In this document: piece after piece, positions 30,571 through 44,125 of the stretch
How the letters are laid out: each line of letters opens with the position of its first letter
How positions within the stretch are numbered: position 1 is the first letter of the stretch
Assembly (NCBI GenBank): GCA_964016885.1
Contig: OZ024740.1
Span: 385,206,001 to 385,270,000 of the forward strand
Origin: Eledone cirrhosa
Lineage: Eukaryota
Length of the DNA: 64,000 nucleotides
Direction: 5' to 3'
Translations under genes and position numbers: made by a program
Notes under the pieces: generated by a model
What the model saw: only the letters and a program-made list of their open reading frames with translations
Database searches by the model: none
What the model was told of the DNA's origin: nothing

Positions 30571-31367
30571 TCCCCCCAACGCGCTTGGGATGCCATCCAG
30601 TGCAGCCTCGCCTCAGACAGGCTGACGCGCTGGCTCGACTAGCACCGACTTGCTTGTTTTCGTGCGGCCTCCAAACCCCACAGTGGCGCCTGGCTCATGC
30701 CCTGCCCTCCTTCTCCTCTGGCACGCCGCTAGACAATCATAGTCTGCGAATCGGCGTTTCCCTGAGGCTCGGCCTCCACATCTGCCACCCACACCCATGT
30801 CGCTGCGGTTCCACTGTGGACTCTTTCGGCCTCCACCCGCTTTCCTGTCACCACAGTGCCGGCCGCATTCCACGCCATGCTGCCCTCAACGAGGTCATTA
30901 CGCATGGTTTGGACGCTGCAAGCTTCCCTTCCCAGCTCGAGCTGGTGGCGCTGGATTGAGGGGACGGCAAAAGGCCAGATAGCATGACCATCTTCTCGTT
31001 CCGCGGTGGCAAACCCCTCGTCTGGGATGCCACTTGCACCGACACTTTCTGCAGTCGCAACCTGGTGCAGTCTGCAACTGACCCAGGTTCTGCTGCACGT
31101 CGCGCTGAGGGGGCCAAACTCCTCAAATACCGGCCGCTCTCCGACAGGTTTGCGGTCGTACCCCTGGCAGTGGAGACTTTTGGTGTCCTCGGCTCCAGGG
31201 CCACCTCCTTACTCACCACCATAGGCGCTGAGCTGGTCAGCCGCAGGTGTGAGCCCCGCGAGTTGGAGTGGCTCGTCCAGCGCGTCTCCCTCGCCGTCCT
31301 CCGGGGAAACGCCTTCTCCATTCTGTCCGCCGGGGATGTGGGTGGGCCCCATCGTGCACCGTTTTAG
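30571..31367 (+). pseudogene. CRE-clade non-LTR retrotransposon 3' fragment: CCHC knuckle plus restriction-like endonuclease
   Basis: [63 protein letters not shown]. ORFs 30585-30959 and 30984-31367 are in one frame, split by a single TGA. Sharply GC-rich. Confidence 0.85.
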
Positions 31368-31521
31368 TTGTTGTAGAAGAAACATCTAAACTAAAACTTT
31401 ACATTGTTACATTAACAAGAGACAATCTGTATAGAATATAAGAACACATGATTTATTACAGTATGATATTAAAATTTAACTAAAATTTAAAATATAGATG
31501 CCTGATAAAAATTATATATAT

Positions 31522-31611
31522 TTCCCTCATATGTATCCTTCACAAATCATGAATACATTTCACGAAATATCGGTGCAGTTCGATGATCGATCTCGATCGT
31601 CAGTGAGGGAA
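31522..31611 (-). ncRNA. Full-size type I hammerhead ribozyme
   Basis: Minus strand: ttccctca-CTGACGA-t.cgagatcg...cgatatttcg.t-GAAA-tgtattc atgatttgtgaa ggataca-TA-tgagggaa; 8-bp stem I, 7-bp stem III, AUA triplet. Confidence 0.85.
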
Positions 31612-32063
31612 TCGATGCGTCTGAACTTTCACATATTAAAATACAGAACTGAGGACGACGAAAGAAACAGATAGTGTTATCATAAAACCGTTGCAGTCCA
31701 CAGTGGTGTGAAAGGGTTTAACGACAACTAAAAATAGCAGTCTAACCGCTCAACATAGTGAAAGCTCAACCAAGCATGAGCATAAATATATTACATTTAA
31801 AGTTATAGATGTTATGTTTGAGATAATCTCAAACATGCGTCTTATCACCCAAGAATAAGCTCAAAGAAAAATTCAAGGAATAAATCCGAGTATTTAATCA
31901 TTACAAAATAGTGGATGATATATATATACATATATATCTAATGATGTAAACGTACAATAGAACATATCAACTTTAACAGGATTGTATAGAATGTAAGAAC
32001 ACATGGTTCATTACAGTATCATATTAAAATTTAAAAAGTAGATACCTGATAGAAATTATATGT

Positions 32064-32153
32064 TTCCCTCATATATATCCTTCACAAATCATGAATACAT
32101 TTCGCGAAATATTGGTGTAGTTCGATGATCGATCTAGATTGTCAGTAAGGGAA
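32064..32153 (-). ncRNA. Degenerate duplicate of the 31522-31611 hammerhead
   Basis: Same fold but the core reads CTGACAA (G8A) and there is one stem III mismatch. Confidence 0.65.
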
Positions 32154-33227
32154 TCGATCCATTTGAAATTATGCACGTTATAATACAGAACTGAGAACTG
32201 AGTGCTTTATTGGTATTATTTCACCAGAGGTTGACTTTGCCTTTCATCCTTACGGGGTCGATAAAATAAAGTACCAGTAATACACTGGGTATTTGCTGGC
32301 CTTGTGCCTAAAGTAGATACAATTATTTCACCAACCATAAAAAGATGAAAGTTAAAGTAGACATCTGTATAATTTGAATTTAGAACGTAAAGCAACGTCC
32401 CAAAATACTCTATTGAGTTTGGCCCATTGTTTTACCGATTTGGAACATCCAAGAGAGAGGGATGCACCAGAAATGGCCTGATATTGTCTTTATCGATCCC
32501 AAATGGTTGAAAGCGAAGTGGACCTCGGTGAAATTTGAACTCAGATCACTGAATCAAATATCAAATGCTCTTAGCGACTATCGAATCATATCTGTGAGCA
32601 AATTATGACAATCTAACCTTCTTCTAATGCTTTGTGTGTGTAAGAAAATTTGAAGGACGGATGTAAAATAATTTTAAGAAATAAAAATTTAATAAAATTA
32701 AATTATAGGTTTTATTCTAAAAACAAACTATTTATTTCATTAAAATATTTATTTTAATGATAATAATGTTTAAAACAAATTTTTTTAATGTATTTTTCTG
32801 TATTATATTTTTAATTAACTTCATTCGATATTCAAGTGAATGTACATGAAAGAATTCATTAAAATAAATATTTGTTCTCTTCTTTGTTTTATTATTATTT
32901 TATGTATTTATTTTAATCATTATATTCTGTTTTAAATAAAATTATTTTATTGAATGAATGTTCCAATGATTCCTGGCTTAGTTTGCGATGAAGCACACAA
33001 GACACATACAAACATACACGTACACAAGCAAGCGTGTGATTCGACGTACTGAGAATCTATCCTATTGATCATCTTGTATAATTATTTTTCCCCTACAATA
33101 GCGAATATCAAACAAAAAATAATAATAATAATTTCCTGCGACTAGGCACAAGGCCAATTTTGTAGTTAATCGATTGAATCGGTTCCAGTGCGTTTATATA
33201 CAGAGACACAGAAAAACATATACACAC

Positions 33228-33312
<85 letters not shown>

Positions 33313-33339
33313 GTAGAGCACTGGAAGGTAATATCCGTA

Positions 33340-34734
33340 GTGGTAGAGCACTCAGTCCATGGGACGAGTTAGGTAGAAGTGGTTACACAACAGTTAGTTC
33401 ACCATACCGAGAACAATTGTTTCACCTCAGCGGATCGTCATCTCGTAATGGACATGGTTAAACGGAACGGGAAGGACAACCGTACGAACGCGCGTGCGCA
33501 GAAACGGTCACTTCACTCAGGCAATACTAAATTGCGTGCGAGAGTTGTAAGGGAGATAACTGCAAAAGTCCGAAAGTTTCTAGTTGATAAGAAAATTAAG
33601 ATGGTGTTGTAAGTCAATCCGGAGCTTTGTGGTTATGTAAGAGGTGTTTCCAGATGTGTGGACAACGTTTTGAAGAATTCATTTCTTGAGTTTAGGCAAT
33701 CGCTATTGCGTAATCTCTTTAGAATATTTATTCGTTCATCAATACACAGTCCACACGACGGATTGCCCCTTGCGTATGGCTTGGGCTTAGTGATGGCTTT
33801 CCATTGAATGGAGTAGTCTATACTTGAGTCCTTGAGGTACCATACGTGGCTCGCGAGTTTCGTGAATGAACGTCTGTCCGGGTACCTAAAGGTCGACTGG
33901 TAGTTCAAGAAGCGTTCCTTAAATCGGCCTTCCGCCATACCCACATAGGATTTGATCTTCTGTGGTTGATATGGTCGGCTGGAAGTGACCACAGCTTCAT
34001 AAACTACAGCGGGTGTGTTGCATTGCTGCTGAAGGGGACAAGCTTCGGGCTGACGGCAAGAGTACCCTGGTGGGGTGTTGCTCTTATGTCTGTTGGTGAT
34101 GTGGGCCTTCATGTTCTTAGCGCAGGATTATCCTAGTTTTACTTTCTGTCGGTTAAAGATGGACGGTATTTATGACCTATGGGAAAGTGTCTATCTAAGA
34201 GGGCTAGAAATGTTTTGCCTACATTAGTTTTAACGTTGAGTGAGAAGGGAGGAGAGAACCAGATAGTTTGTCTATTGTTACGCTTTCTTTTCTTATTGCT
34301 GTTGTTGTTAGTGGGAGAGTAAGTGATAGGTTGCGAGAAGCCGCTGTTAGCTAACGCCGTGTTATAGTAGGGTGCCGCTCTGTCAAAGATAGCCTTAATA
34401 GAGGAGAGGTTTGAGATTCTAGTACTGATATTATTTACGAAATTTTTAAAAACACTGGGAGTGTGGCATGAGTCCTTGTGAATGTAATTGAGTTTTTCGT
34501 TAAGCTTATGGAAGGATCTGCAGGTGTATGTGCGAAGGTCTAAATTAATATCTAAGAAATCTACACTAGAAAGGTTGGTAGCTACTGTTATCCTAAGTCC
34601 TAACTCATTGAAGGTAGAAGCTAAGTCTTTTCAGACCGCTCGAGGTCGTGACCACTTTTATGGCTCGATAAGGTCAGTCCATCGTCGTGGTATATTCCCG
34701 TGTGGAATATACCACGACGATTGACTGACCTTAT
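33340..34734 (-). mobile_element. 5'-truncated Penelope-like element (RT C-terminal half, GIY-YIG, pLTR)
   Basis: Minus strand: GIYHDDGL, FLDINLDL, RKRNNRQTIWFSPPFSLNVKTNVGKTFLALLDRHFP, SCRQPEACPLQQQC..VVY..YVGMAE..FKERF, CGLCIDE. Confidence 0.88.
33408..33445 (-). ncRNA. Minimal hammerhead (AUGACGA core) in the 3' pLTR
   Basis: Minus strand: cgag-ATGACGA-t.cc gctga gg.t-GAAA-caattg-TT-ctcg; palindromic stem III. Confidence 0.65.
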
Positions 34735-35099
34735 ATATACACATACAATATATATAGATTCTAAAATATTTCATCCTATGCAAGTGTAACTAATAAAATC
34801 AGTTGCTTAACATTTCCAAATCAGTGTTTAATTCAGATACATCCGCCAATGGGTGATCAGAGATATGGTACTACTGACATCAGAAACACAATTCTCTAAC
34901 TTTTGCTAGATTTTTCAATGGTTACACCAGACTTATGTGAGTGATTGTGCTCACCAGTTGTTAATTGTCAAATGGTCCCACTTTACTGTAATGAATTAAC
35001 ATAACGTCTCAGTAGATTTCTACTCTGAATGCTGCAAATCACATATAATATACAAGCCGTCTTAAAAAGTTAATTCTTCAGTGTCCTTGAGTGGAATCA

Positions 35100-35260
35100 G
35101 CATGGCCGAATAGTTAAAATGTTTGTATCGCAGCCATAAGGTTCCAGGGTTGATTCCATCGCATGGCCTATTGAGCCATATGAGTGAAACTTGGGTCGAC
35201 GAAAATTGTTTGGAAGCCCATTGGATTAATTGTACCCGTAATTCAAAGCGCTGGATCTTC
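35100..35260 (+). mobile_element. Degenerate tRNA-derived SINE of a second family; related minus-strand copy at ~49100-49410
   Basis: A-box-like TGGCCGAATAGTTAA and B-box-like GGTTGATTCC, followed by GTCGACGAAAATTG..GAAGCCCAT. Confidence 0.45.
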
Positions 35261-36624
35261 CTTTCTGTAGAATTCTCTGTCAGTTAAATGATAATCAAAC
35301 GAGTAGGTCGTTCAATTGATCAAGTAACTTGAGTTCATGTCCTCGAAGCTGATGCAGAACCATTTGCTTACTTTAGGCTTTCAGAATGCGCATATGTATT
35401 TTTTTCTTTGTGTTTGTAAGTTATTCAGGGAAGATGGTGCAACGGCCAAGATGTTTAAGGATTTCTCGGGCTAGTAAGATGAATGCGGTTGATAACAAAC
35501 ATTTCCATGATAAACGTTAAGTGAGGAAGGAATTGTTAAGGGATGAATTTCTAGGAAGAAAGCAATGGGCGAAATATTTCGTGATAAGTCTAAGAAGTAA
35601 AAAGTCTGAGAAAAGCAAAGACGTTTGTTGTTCCGATAGAAGAGGTAGGGAAACAGCACCGAATCTGAGCTATTGGTTTGTATTTGAGATCGAATCGTTA
35701 TGAATCAGTTGAGTGGCCTTCTTTTGGTTGAGTGCTGGTAGTATAGAATAAATATGTGTTTGTCTCATAGTTGGTCTAAATAAATCTCATTGGATGCAGA
35801 GTTAAGCACGACTAACAGCTGAAAATAATTCCTTAAAGCCCATCTGGAAATTAAAACCTTGTGATCACTTCCTGTGGGGTGAGTAAACTCTTGTACTTTT
35901 CTTTATAACGTAGTCAAGAAAGGAACGACTGTGACCGTCGGTTTTGACGTCTCCTGACTGTTACGATCAATGAAGTTGATGCCTTGCCTATACATCTGTA
36001 CTTCAATGTCCGTAGGTAAAACCATAAGAGGAGAGTTGACGCGGGAATCTCCTCTGAATGTTTCTAATATAATTCTTTCTAACATTGACACAAAACTTAA
36101 ACATTTAGGGGAAGGGATAAAGTCGATTACATCTACCCCAGTACTTAACTGGTAATATTTTATCAACCTCAAATATTGACAGGCGAGGTTAAGCTCGGTA
36201 AGATTTCGACTGAGATCGTAGAATTGCAACTAAACACCGCCAAGCATTTTGTCCGAGGCTCCACCGTCCTGAATGTTTCTAACGTGTTAAAGGTACCCAA
36301 AGACAAAGCGGTGATGTTACTGCCATTTTATCTGATTGAACAGACTTGTGATCGAAGACATTCTATGCTTTCATTTTCTTTCTCCAGGCATAGTGTACTC
36401 TGAGCGATATAAATAGTATGGTTAAAATGTTAAATATATTTGATATAAAATATTTAACACAAATAAACTAGAACATCATAAACACAGAGGCACAGAAGCA
36501 CTTGTACAGGAATCGAACGTCGTATCTATCGCATTCTGAGTATAATTTGTAAGGAGCAGATAGGGTATCTTTCGTAGATTTGTAATCATGCGGAACACGT
36601 ATTTTGCAAATAGCTTGCTTTTAG

Positions 36625-37255
36625 CCTTGAACGAATCCCAAACGCTGAAAATAGCTTTAACAACAGTCGATTGCAATAAATAATAGCTTAGAGAATTGAG
36701 TTAAATACGCCTATGGACTGAAAAAGCAGTCAGCAACCATTACGGAGGATCGGAATCTGTATCCTACGAATTTTGGCTTAGTGCCCTACCCTATGGGCTA
36801 AAGAGCACCTGGCCACGGATTCCGTCTAAATTAAATACTTATACTGAACAGCTTGACTATAAACAACCTTTATACAAATTATCATCCATAGGGGTATTTT
36901 ACCCCATATTATAAGCTATTATTAATAGCAATACATTGTTGTAACAGTCATTTTCTGTGTTTAGGATTCCTGCATTTCAAAAAAAGAATTTCAAATTAAC
37001 TAGCGTTTGTAAATAAGGTTGTTTACATTGAGGCTGTTCAGTATTATTATCTAATTCAGACGAATTTCTCGCCAGAAACCCCCAAGCTCGATGGTTAGAG
37101 CTTTTGGCAAAATTCGTGAGGTATGAAGTTCGATTCTCCGAAACGTATTGGTCCCTTTTTCCGTATGTATGGGTATTTTGGCCAATTTTCTTAGCTATTG
37201 TTTATAGCAATTGACTGTTGTTACAGATATTTACTGTGTTTCGGATTCTTACATT
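36625..37255. repeat. Diverged inverted repeat pair containing a tRNA-like segment (37083-37140)
   Basis: 36625-36855 is loosely reverse-complementary to 37030-37250; A box AGCTCGATGGTTAGAGC and B box GTTCGATTC; no complete cloverleaf. Confidence 0.55.
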
Positions 37256-37463
37256 TTCTCAAAGATCGGGAAGATCTCAAATTTGAGTAGTATTCGATGC
37301 ATTATGGGATACACAGTCAGTATATTAATGAGGTAGAGATCCGTTAGCGAGCTCAGTTGGTTTCAACTAATAACTTCTCCAACCTTCTTATTGCTCTGAG
37401 CAAGCATGAAAAGGTTACAAGCTTAAACCACCCGAGCTCGCGATTAGACGGACTTCTACCTCA

Positions 37464-37547
<84 letters not shown>

Positions 37548-38579
37548 TTCCCAGAATTTTAGCCTCTTCAAAATACCGATTCGTTTAGCATCAAAACTAC
37601 GTAAAATTATCCGGTTAATTGCATAAGCTAATTAACACCATTTCGGTTAATTACATCGGAATTTTTTCTAAATTTGAATACAGAATTTGCAAAATGTACC
37701 ATGAAATTTAACATTTATTTCATTTGCTTTGAATAAAGTTTTCTTCGAGCTTCCGTTTTCATGATTAGTTAAAATGGCAGTAGTCTGTCCTTCATGTTTA
37801 CAAACAACTGGTTTCAAAATCTCGAATTTATTCACGTTATTCCTACCATTTCAATAAATTAAAGTTTATCAAAATTCAGATTCCGGTGTATTTTTATATC
37901 ATTATTAATTGTGTAATAAAGTTCTTCAAAAATAAATCTTTATTGCAAATAAAATTTGTAAATAAGTTCGTTTTTAATCAAACGGTGAATCGACGCCATT
38001 TTGTTGTTTTCATTATCGACTGCATCAGCTTGCGATTAACCCAATTAAACTAACTGTTATCGTTGAATAAATTCAAAGTATGTGAAATCATTGTCGGGAT
38101 GTATGAAACTAGCTAAGCTGGAGAAATTGGAGATACATATCAGAGGGAATTGAAAAATCTCCATACTGATGCATATCAATAAAATAATGTCGCCTGATTA
38201 TAGGCATATATTTGAGGAATATAACTTTCCATCAAGTTTGTTTTCGCCTGTGTTGATTAACAACTAAGGTATTTCTTTCGAGGTTGCGTTAATAAAGTTG
38301 GTATTGAAAGTCCCTCGCCTGCGATCTTTTACGTGCAGGTCGTGTTATGGATTTCCGTAAAATCCAGAAAATGAACAAAGCAAAATATATAAAAGCAACT
38401 CCACATGAAATATCATTTTTGTTTCCATTCTCATTGATTTTTCAACGCAAACGACATCGTCAAACTTTGCGGAAGTGTTATTGCCCCCTCCTGTAAAGGC
38501 GGTAGTCCTTATTGGCATATTATATGCAGCTGTCTCCGATAAGAGCCGGTTTAACCGATGAACGGAATCCTGTTTCCGT

Positions 38580-39010
38580 TACACGTTAATAAAAGAGATT
38601 CAAGACAATGATAATATACACATGCAAATCCAGGGGACATGTTAATGGTGTTGAATATAAAACGAACTAATGACTAGGCAGTTACACTGTTTATGGCTCA
38701 TTAAATAAACACACTATCGCAACCATTATCAATATTGTTTTGATTTCTTTGTGAAATACCAAATATTTCAGCTATATCAGGAAGTGAATGATGTTGACCT
38801 TTCAACACAAAATCGTCCTTCGATAGTGTTCGATTAATTGATGTAGCATCCGCCTTTCTTAATTCAACAATATTCCATATGCCGAACGACAACTTTGTTG
38901 CGTCTGGTGTGCAATATAAAAATACATTAACGTGTGTTATGAGAAAGTTCTTCATTGTAATTTGGTATTTTGCCGAGAACATACTCTCGTTTTTTATAGC
39001 GTCAATCATT
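38580..39010 (-). pseudogene. Possible degenerate hAT transposase fragment
   Basis: MIDAIKNESMFS...NIVELRKADATSI...DNGCDSV...HVPWICM..HCLE resembles the hAT DGASVM / HCxxHRLEL region, with frameshifts. Confidence 0.4.
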
Positions 39011-39829
39011 TCGTAACTAATGTATTCATGTTGAGAACGTGATAAATCGAATATGACAATTCGTTCGCCATTATATATATGTTTAGTGCTCGTTGAATAC
39101 TCCGAAAGTATTTAAAATAAATAATTAAGAAATTCCTGTGTCTGTTTTGTGTTTTGACGTTTTCATTACCCCCAACTCTTGACTATTTCAAACTACACTG
39201 TCTTAACCAAAACAAGGTTTTCAATGTAGATCTGAGCGGTGTTAATTTTTCTCTCAACATTCGTGTGGAAACGAGCATATACTTCCGTACTCTGATGAAA
39301 AGAGTAGCGCTTCAGATACAAATGTTGCCGAAGTACGAATCACGTACAATCTGTGGTTAGTTATATTGGCAGGTATATATACATACGTGGCAAAAGAATT
39401 CATGACTTCGTGTATTATTTACCGTTTATCGTATTGTCTCCTTTTGCTTGGACAGCATGCTAGTTAACAAAACGTCGCTTTTCAATAGTGAAATAGTTCC
39501 AGACCGAAACACTAATAATGTGGTGTTCCATAAGTACTAATCTCCTTTGCAAATATAGCAAATTAACAAACGGTTTCTGTGAATTCATTCACCAGTTTCA
39601 CCTCGTTCGCTTTTGTATAACTGTTAAGAACGAAACACCAGCGATTGCTGCGCCATTCTCTTTTACATTGTAAAATTGTGGTATCGACAAACTAGTGAAT
39701 ACAAGACAATTTTACAGCTACTATGAATAAATCTATGTCGAAAATTGCCAACGCGGGGAAGTAAAATAGATAAATAGGCAAGTGTGAGATTGACATAGTG
39801 AGAGTTAGGGAGATGAGGAGGGGAGGAGT

Positions 39830-39889
<60 letters not shown>

Positions 39890-40023
39890 AAGCATTACAA
39901 ACTAAAACGATGAGGAAATACAGCAAGGTTTGAACTGGAAAGAATACGAAATACTGAAAAGAGACAGAAATAAAAATCGTCACTCCGAGTACTGCTCTAA
40001 TACACACACACACACACACACAG

Positions 40024-40082
<59 letters not shown>

Positions 40083-40107
40083 GTATATATACATATTTAA
40101 TGCATAT

Positions 40108-40211
<104 letters not shown>

Positions 40212-40249
40212 ATTACACAATTATCAAAGTTATGTTCAAATCATTTAAT

Positions 40250-40296
40250 TGCTGACAATCGTTTCTTCTAAACTTTCGTTTGCAATCATCGGAGCA
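40250..40296 (-). ncRNA. Minimal hammerhead (CCGAUGA core), solo pLTR
   Basis: Minus strand: tgct-CCGATGA-ttgcaaac gaaa gtttagaa-GAAA-c gatt g-TC-agca; GUC triplet. Confidence 0.7.
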
Positions 40297-40699
40297 TTAT
40301 CAATGTTTGTACATATAATTAACCTCCTATTCAACTGAACTGAATATAGATACATATATATTGATTGATGTTGTGAGCAACAGTTTCGTATTTACAGGGT
40401 GTAATGGATGCGACATATATTATACGAGAATTGTAGAAAAATTAAAATTAAAATTAAAAGCACAGAGTGGAATACATGCGACAGATAATACAAGAAAATA
40501 GTCTAATAATTAAAGAGGCATTGAGAAAGAATGAGGACATTAGCAGTACATTTGCAAGCGTGCAGAAAGTGCACATGCGTTAGTCATATATATGAGAAGG
40601 AAATAAGCAAAGGTATTAGGCATATATAGATAAATAAATAAATACTGTAAGGCAAAGGTATCACATAGAATACCAAGCAAATATATACATATATGTACC

Positions 40700-40808
<109 letters not shown>

Positions 40809-40863
40809 ATATATATATATGTGTGTGTACATATATATATATATACACATATATATATATATG

Positions 40864-40913
<50 letters not shown>

Positions 40914-40994
40914 TATATGCATATATATATACACATACATATATGTGTGTACATATATATATATATATATACATATATATGCATATATATATAT

Positions 40995-41095
<101 letters not shown>

Positions 41096-41749
41096 TAAAT
41101 ATATATACATACATATACATACACATATAAAAATACATAATGTATATGCATATATGTTTGTACGAATGAATTGTATATTTATATATTAATGTAAATTACA
41201 TGATATAAATGGGGAGATGAGTCAAAATTTAGTAGAATGTAGTATATAATTTAGTTTGTAGGATGCTAGCTCGTTACGTAGATTTTCACAAAATAGTTAC
41301 ATACTATCTCAATTTGGGTTATCAGTGATAAATCATTGGAGATACAACCGGCTAAATTACACAGTGCATTTATTTGATTGGTCATTTTGAAAATAAAAAT
41401 TGAATTAAATAATTGTACGCGTGTATTTTCGTCATCTGAAGTTGATCCAAAATATAACCCATTTAATGTAACAACAAAACCCCTTAATACGGGCATGAAA
41501 GAGAGGGCCCAAAATAGAAATGGATATTGATGGTAATGTAGCATACTTTCAGTAACATGGCATGAGAAACTGAGTGATTCCTTCAAATCAACCTGCATAT
41601 TCTAGTCATTACATTCTGCAGAAGTTTGGAATATCGAGAATATTTCCCCAGTATACCGTTTCAAGACTCTCAACTACAAACACAACCTGTTACTCAGTAG
41701 TATTTTCCATGGAAACAACAGAGTCTCCTTCTCATTCACATAGTCATGT

Positions 41750-41819
<70 letters not shown>

Positions 41820-42169
41820 AAATTGAGTGTCTACCCTGCCATACAAAGACCGGGAAGACCACAAATCATGGTAGTACTCGATGCATATATATATATATAT
41901 AAATGTTTCTGGTTTCTGGGCGTCATTATGACAGTGCTTCCTCCACCCTGTTCTATTTTCAAGACTCTTTCACTTAGGCTCTTTGACTTACAGATACAGT
42001 CTATTAGACGGGCTTCAAAACAGTTTTCGTCTCCCAATTTCACATAGAAAGTATGAGTCGACCCGAGGCTATGGTAAATAACACTTACTTAAAATGCCAC
42101 ACAGGACCTAATTATTACGAAGCTGACTTCATATCCATTCGGTCCTGCTGCGTTCACAAATGATAGCTT

Positions 42170-42700
42170 CTGCTTTGGGCACAACCCCGGCAATATGTGG
42201 GGAAAAGAAAGTCGATTATATCAATCTCAGTACTTGATTTATTTTATAAACTCCATCGATTTGTACTCAGAACATTCTCCACTACCATTCTGTCCACATA
42301 TAATAGTTTCTACATTTGGCACAAAGCTAGAAATTTGAAGGGAAGGGGAAAGTCGATTAAATCAACCCCAGTGCTTTACTGATACTTATTTTATTGACCC
42401 CGTAAGGATGAAAGGCAAAGCTAACATCAGTGTTATTTGAACTCAGAATGTAAAGGGCCGTAATACTGCAAAGCATGTTGTCCGATTTGCATCCCTAAAT
42501 AATGGTTTCTGATTGAGGCACAAAGCCAGTAAGTTAAAAGGAAAGGGAAGATCGATTAAATCAATCTCAGTGCGTTATTGGTGCTTTATTTTATTGACCC
42601 TGTAAGGATAACATGCAAAGCTAACCTCAGCAGGATTTGAACTCAGAACGTAAATAACAGAAACGTTATGCCACAAAGCAAGCTGTCTGATTTGCGTCCA
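42170..42700 (-). mobile_element. Tandem tRNA-derived SINE copies (octopus-like family)
   Basis: Repeated GACCCCGTAAGGATGAAAGGCAAAG...ATTTGAACTCAGAA (B box GTTCAAAT on the minus strand). Confidence 0.85.
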
Positions 42701-42959
42701 CAAACAACAATAGGTATTAAATGAAGACAAATCGTTTGACTACAACAAATAGTTCGTTTAACTTTTGTTTAATTAAATTTCATTTAATTTCATCCTTTCG
42801 TATATGTCGACAGAATTCTTATAATCATAGGCTACCAATAATCATTTCTTCAGAAGAAAACTCTAAATTTACTTTTTAGTCATTTCCTTTCTTTGGTCAA
42901 TTATGCATATATAGATACAAATATACACACATAATTACATACTTACATATATACATATA

Positions 42960-43610
42960 CAGGGTATCTATAAAGTCTCTTAACAATTTAAAACAATTAT
43001 TACAAACACAAATATGTGCAAAATTGTTACAAAATGAGGAGTAGATATTGAAGTTTTTTAAAACTAATTTAATACACCTTTATATGGACACCAGTAGTTG
43101 CACGAAGCACATCAAGATGGTACTCGATTTCTTGTCATGTTTGCTGTAGCATAGACTCATCAATGGAGCAATGGCATCAATGATCTTTTGCTTTAGATCA
43201 GTGGTGTCCCGTATCTTTGTTTGATACACGATATCTTTAACATAAAGAGGTCCAAGGGAGTGATATCTGGTGAACTAGGTGGTCAGGGAATTGGGCCATT
43301 CTTTCCAATCCACCAGTCTGGAAATGTCTGATTTAGGAACTCACGAACAAGCAGTCCCCACTGTGGAGCTGCAGCATCTTGCTGGAAAATGATTGTTGGT
43401 TGAAGGTCATCTAGTTGTGGGCCCACATTCAGTCAAAAGGTCGAGGTAAACATTTGCAGTTAATGATATCTCGTTGAAGAAAAATGGACCAATGATGCGA
43501 TTGCACATAATCCCACACCACACAGTGGATCCCTTCCATATGTAAATCTGTAGTTTCGCTGAGTCTGCGTATCCCATTTTGTTTCAATAAACCATGACAT
43601 ATTGAGCCTT
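42960..43610 (-). pseudogene. Tc1/mariner-superfamily transposase C-terminal remnant with right TIR
   Basis: Minus strand: IIGPFFF, IIFQQDAAAPQW, P*PPSSPDITPLD (WPPRSPDLTPLD-like); terminus TA-CAGGGTATCTATAAAGTC. Confidence 0.8.
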
Positions 43611-43773
43611 TTCTTGAAGAGTAGCCACTTTTTAGGGGTTCATTTAACAGTACCTCTTTCATCAACAGAATACCAGAAATCCACAAATGCAGTTTGATTA
43701 AACATTTTGATAACTACTGAGAACATAGAACAAATCTGATGAAGATATCTCATCAATTGTCTTATATATATAT

Positions 43774-43862
<89 letters not shown>

Positions 43863-44080
43863 TTTCTGAATTTGTTTAGCAAGATTCTTTATCTGAAATC
43901 GTGTGTTGAAACCGATATTGTTATACTTTGGGAGGGTCATGTTGCCAATAAGAAACACACGCACCAGTTGCTTTCACTTCAATTTATTATATATTTATAA
44001 ATTTATAAATCTACAAATCTACAAACTTATAAATTTCTGGTTGGTTGGTTGGTTCCACAACCAGATAGTTGTTTATATAT

Positions 44081-44125
44081 AGTCATAGTCCTTTCGTCAC
44101 ACACTCTGTGACCTCTTCAGTGACT
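44081..44125 (-). ncRNA. Minimal type I hammerhead in the 3' pLTR
   Basis: Minus strand: agtca-CTGAAGA-g.gtcac agagtgt gtgac-GAAA-ggac-TA-tgact. Confidence 0.8.

Larger units (their letters stand above)
30528..32195 (-). mobile_element. Second retrozyme-like element: direct repeats (542-bp period), each with a hammerhead; one repeat is interrupted by the CRE fragment
   Basis: 30528-30570 plus ~31425-31652 match ~31935-32193; no ORF. Confidence 0.75.

Noticed and set aside
30957-30959. In-frame TGA in the CRE fragment as programmed readthrough
   Set aside because: The context LD*GDGKRPD is most simply an Arg CGA to TGA deamination in a dead, truncated copy.
37083-37140. Functional tRNA gene
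   Set aside because: A and B boxes are present, but there is no acceptor or anticodon stem pairing and no T-run terminator; it is part of a repeated unit.
37740-38020. YY1/ETS-like motifs (CGCCATTTT, AAAATGGC, CTTCCG) as a promoter
   Set aside because: Short motifs next to a probable transposon remnant, with no exon to link them to.
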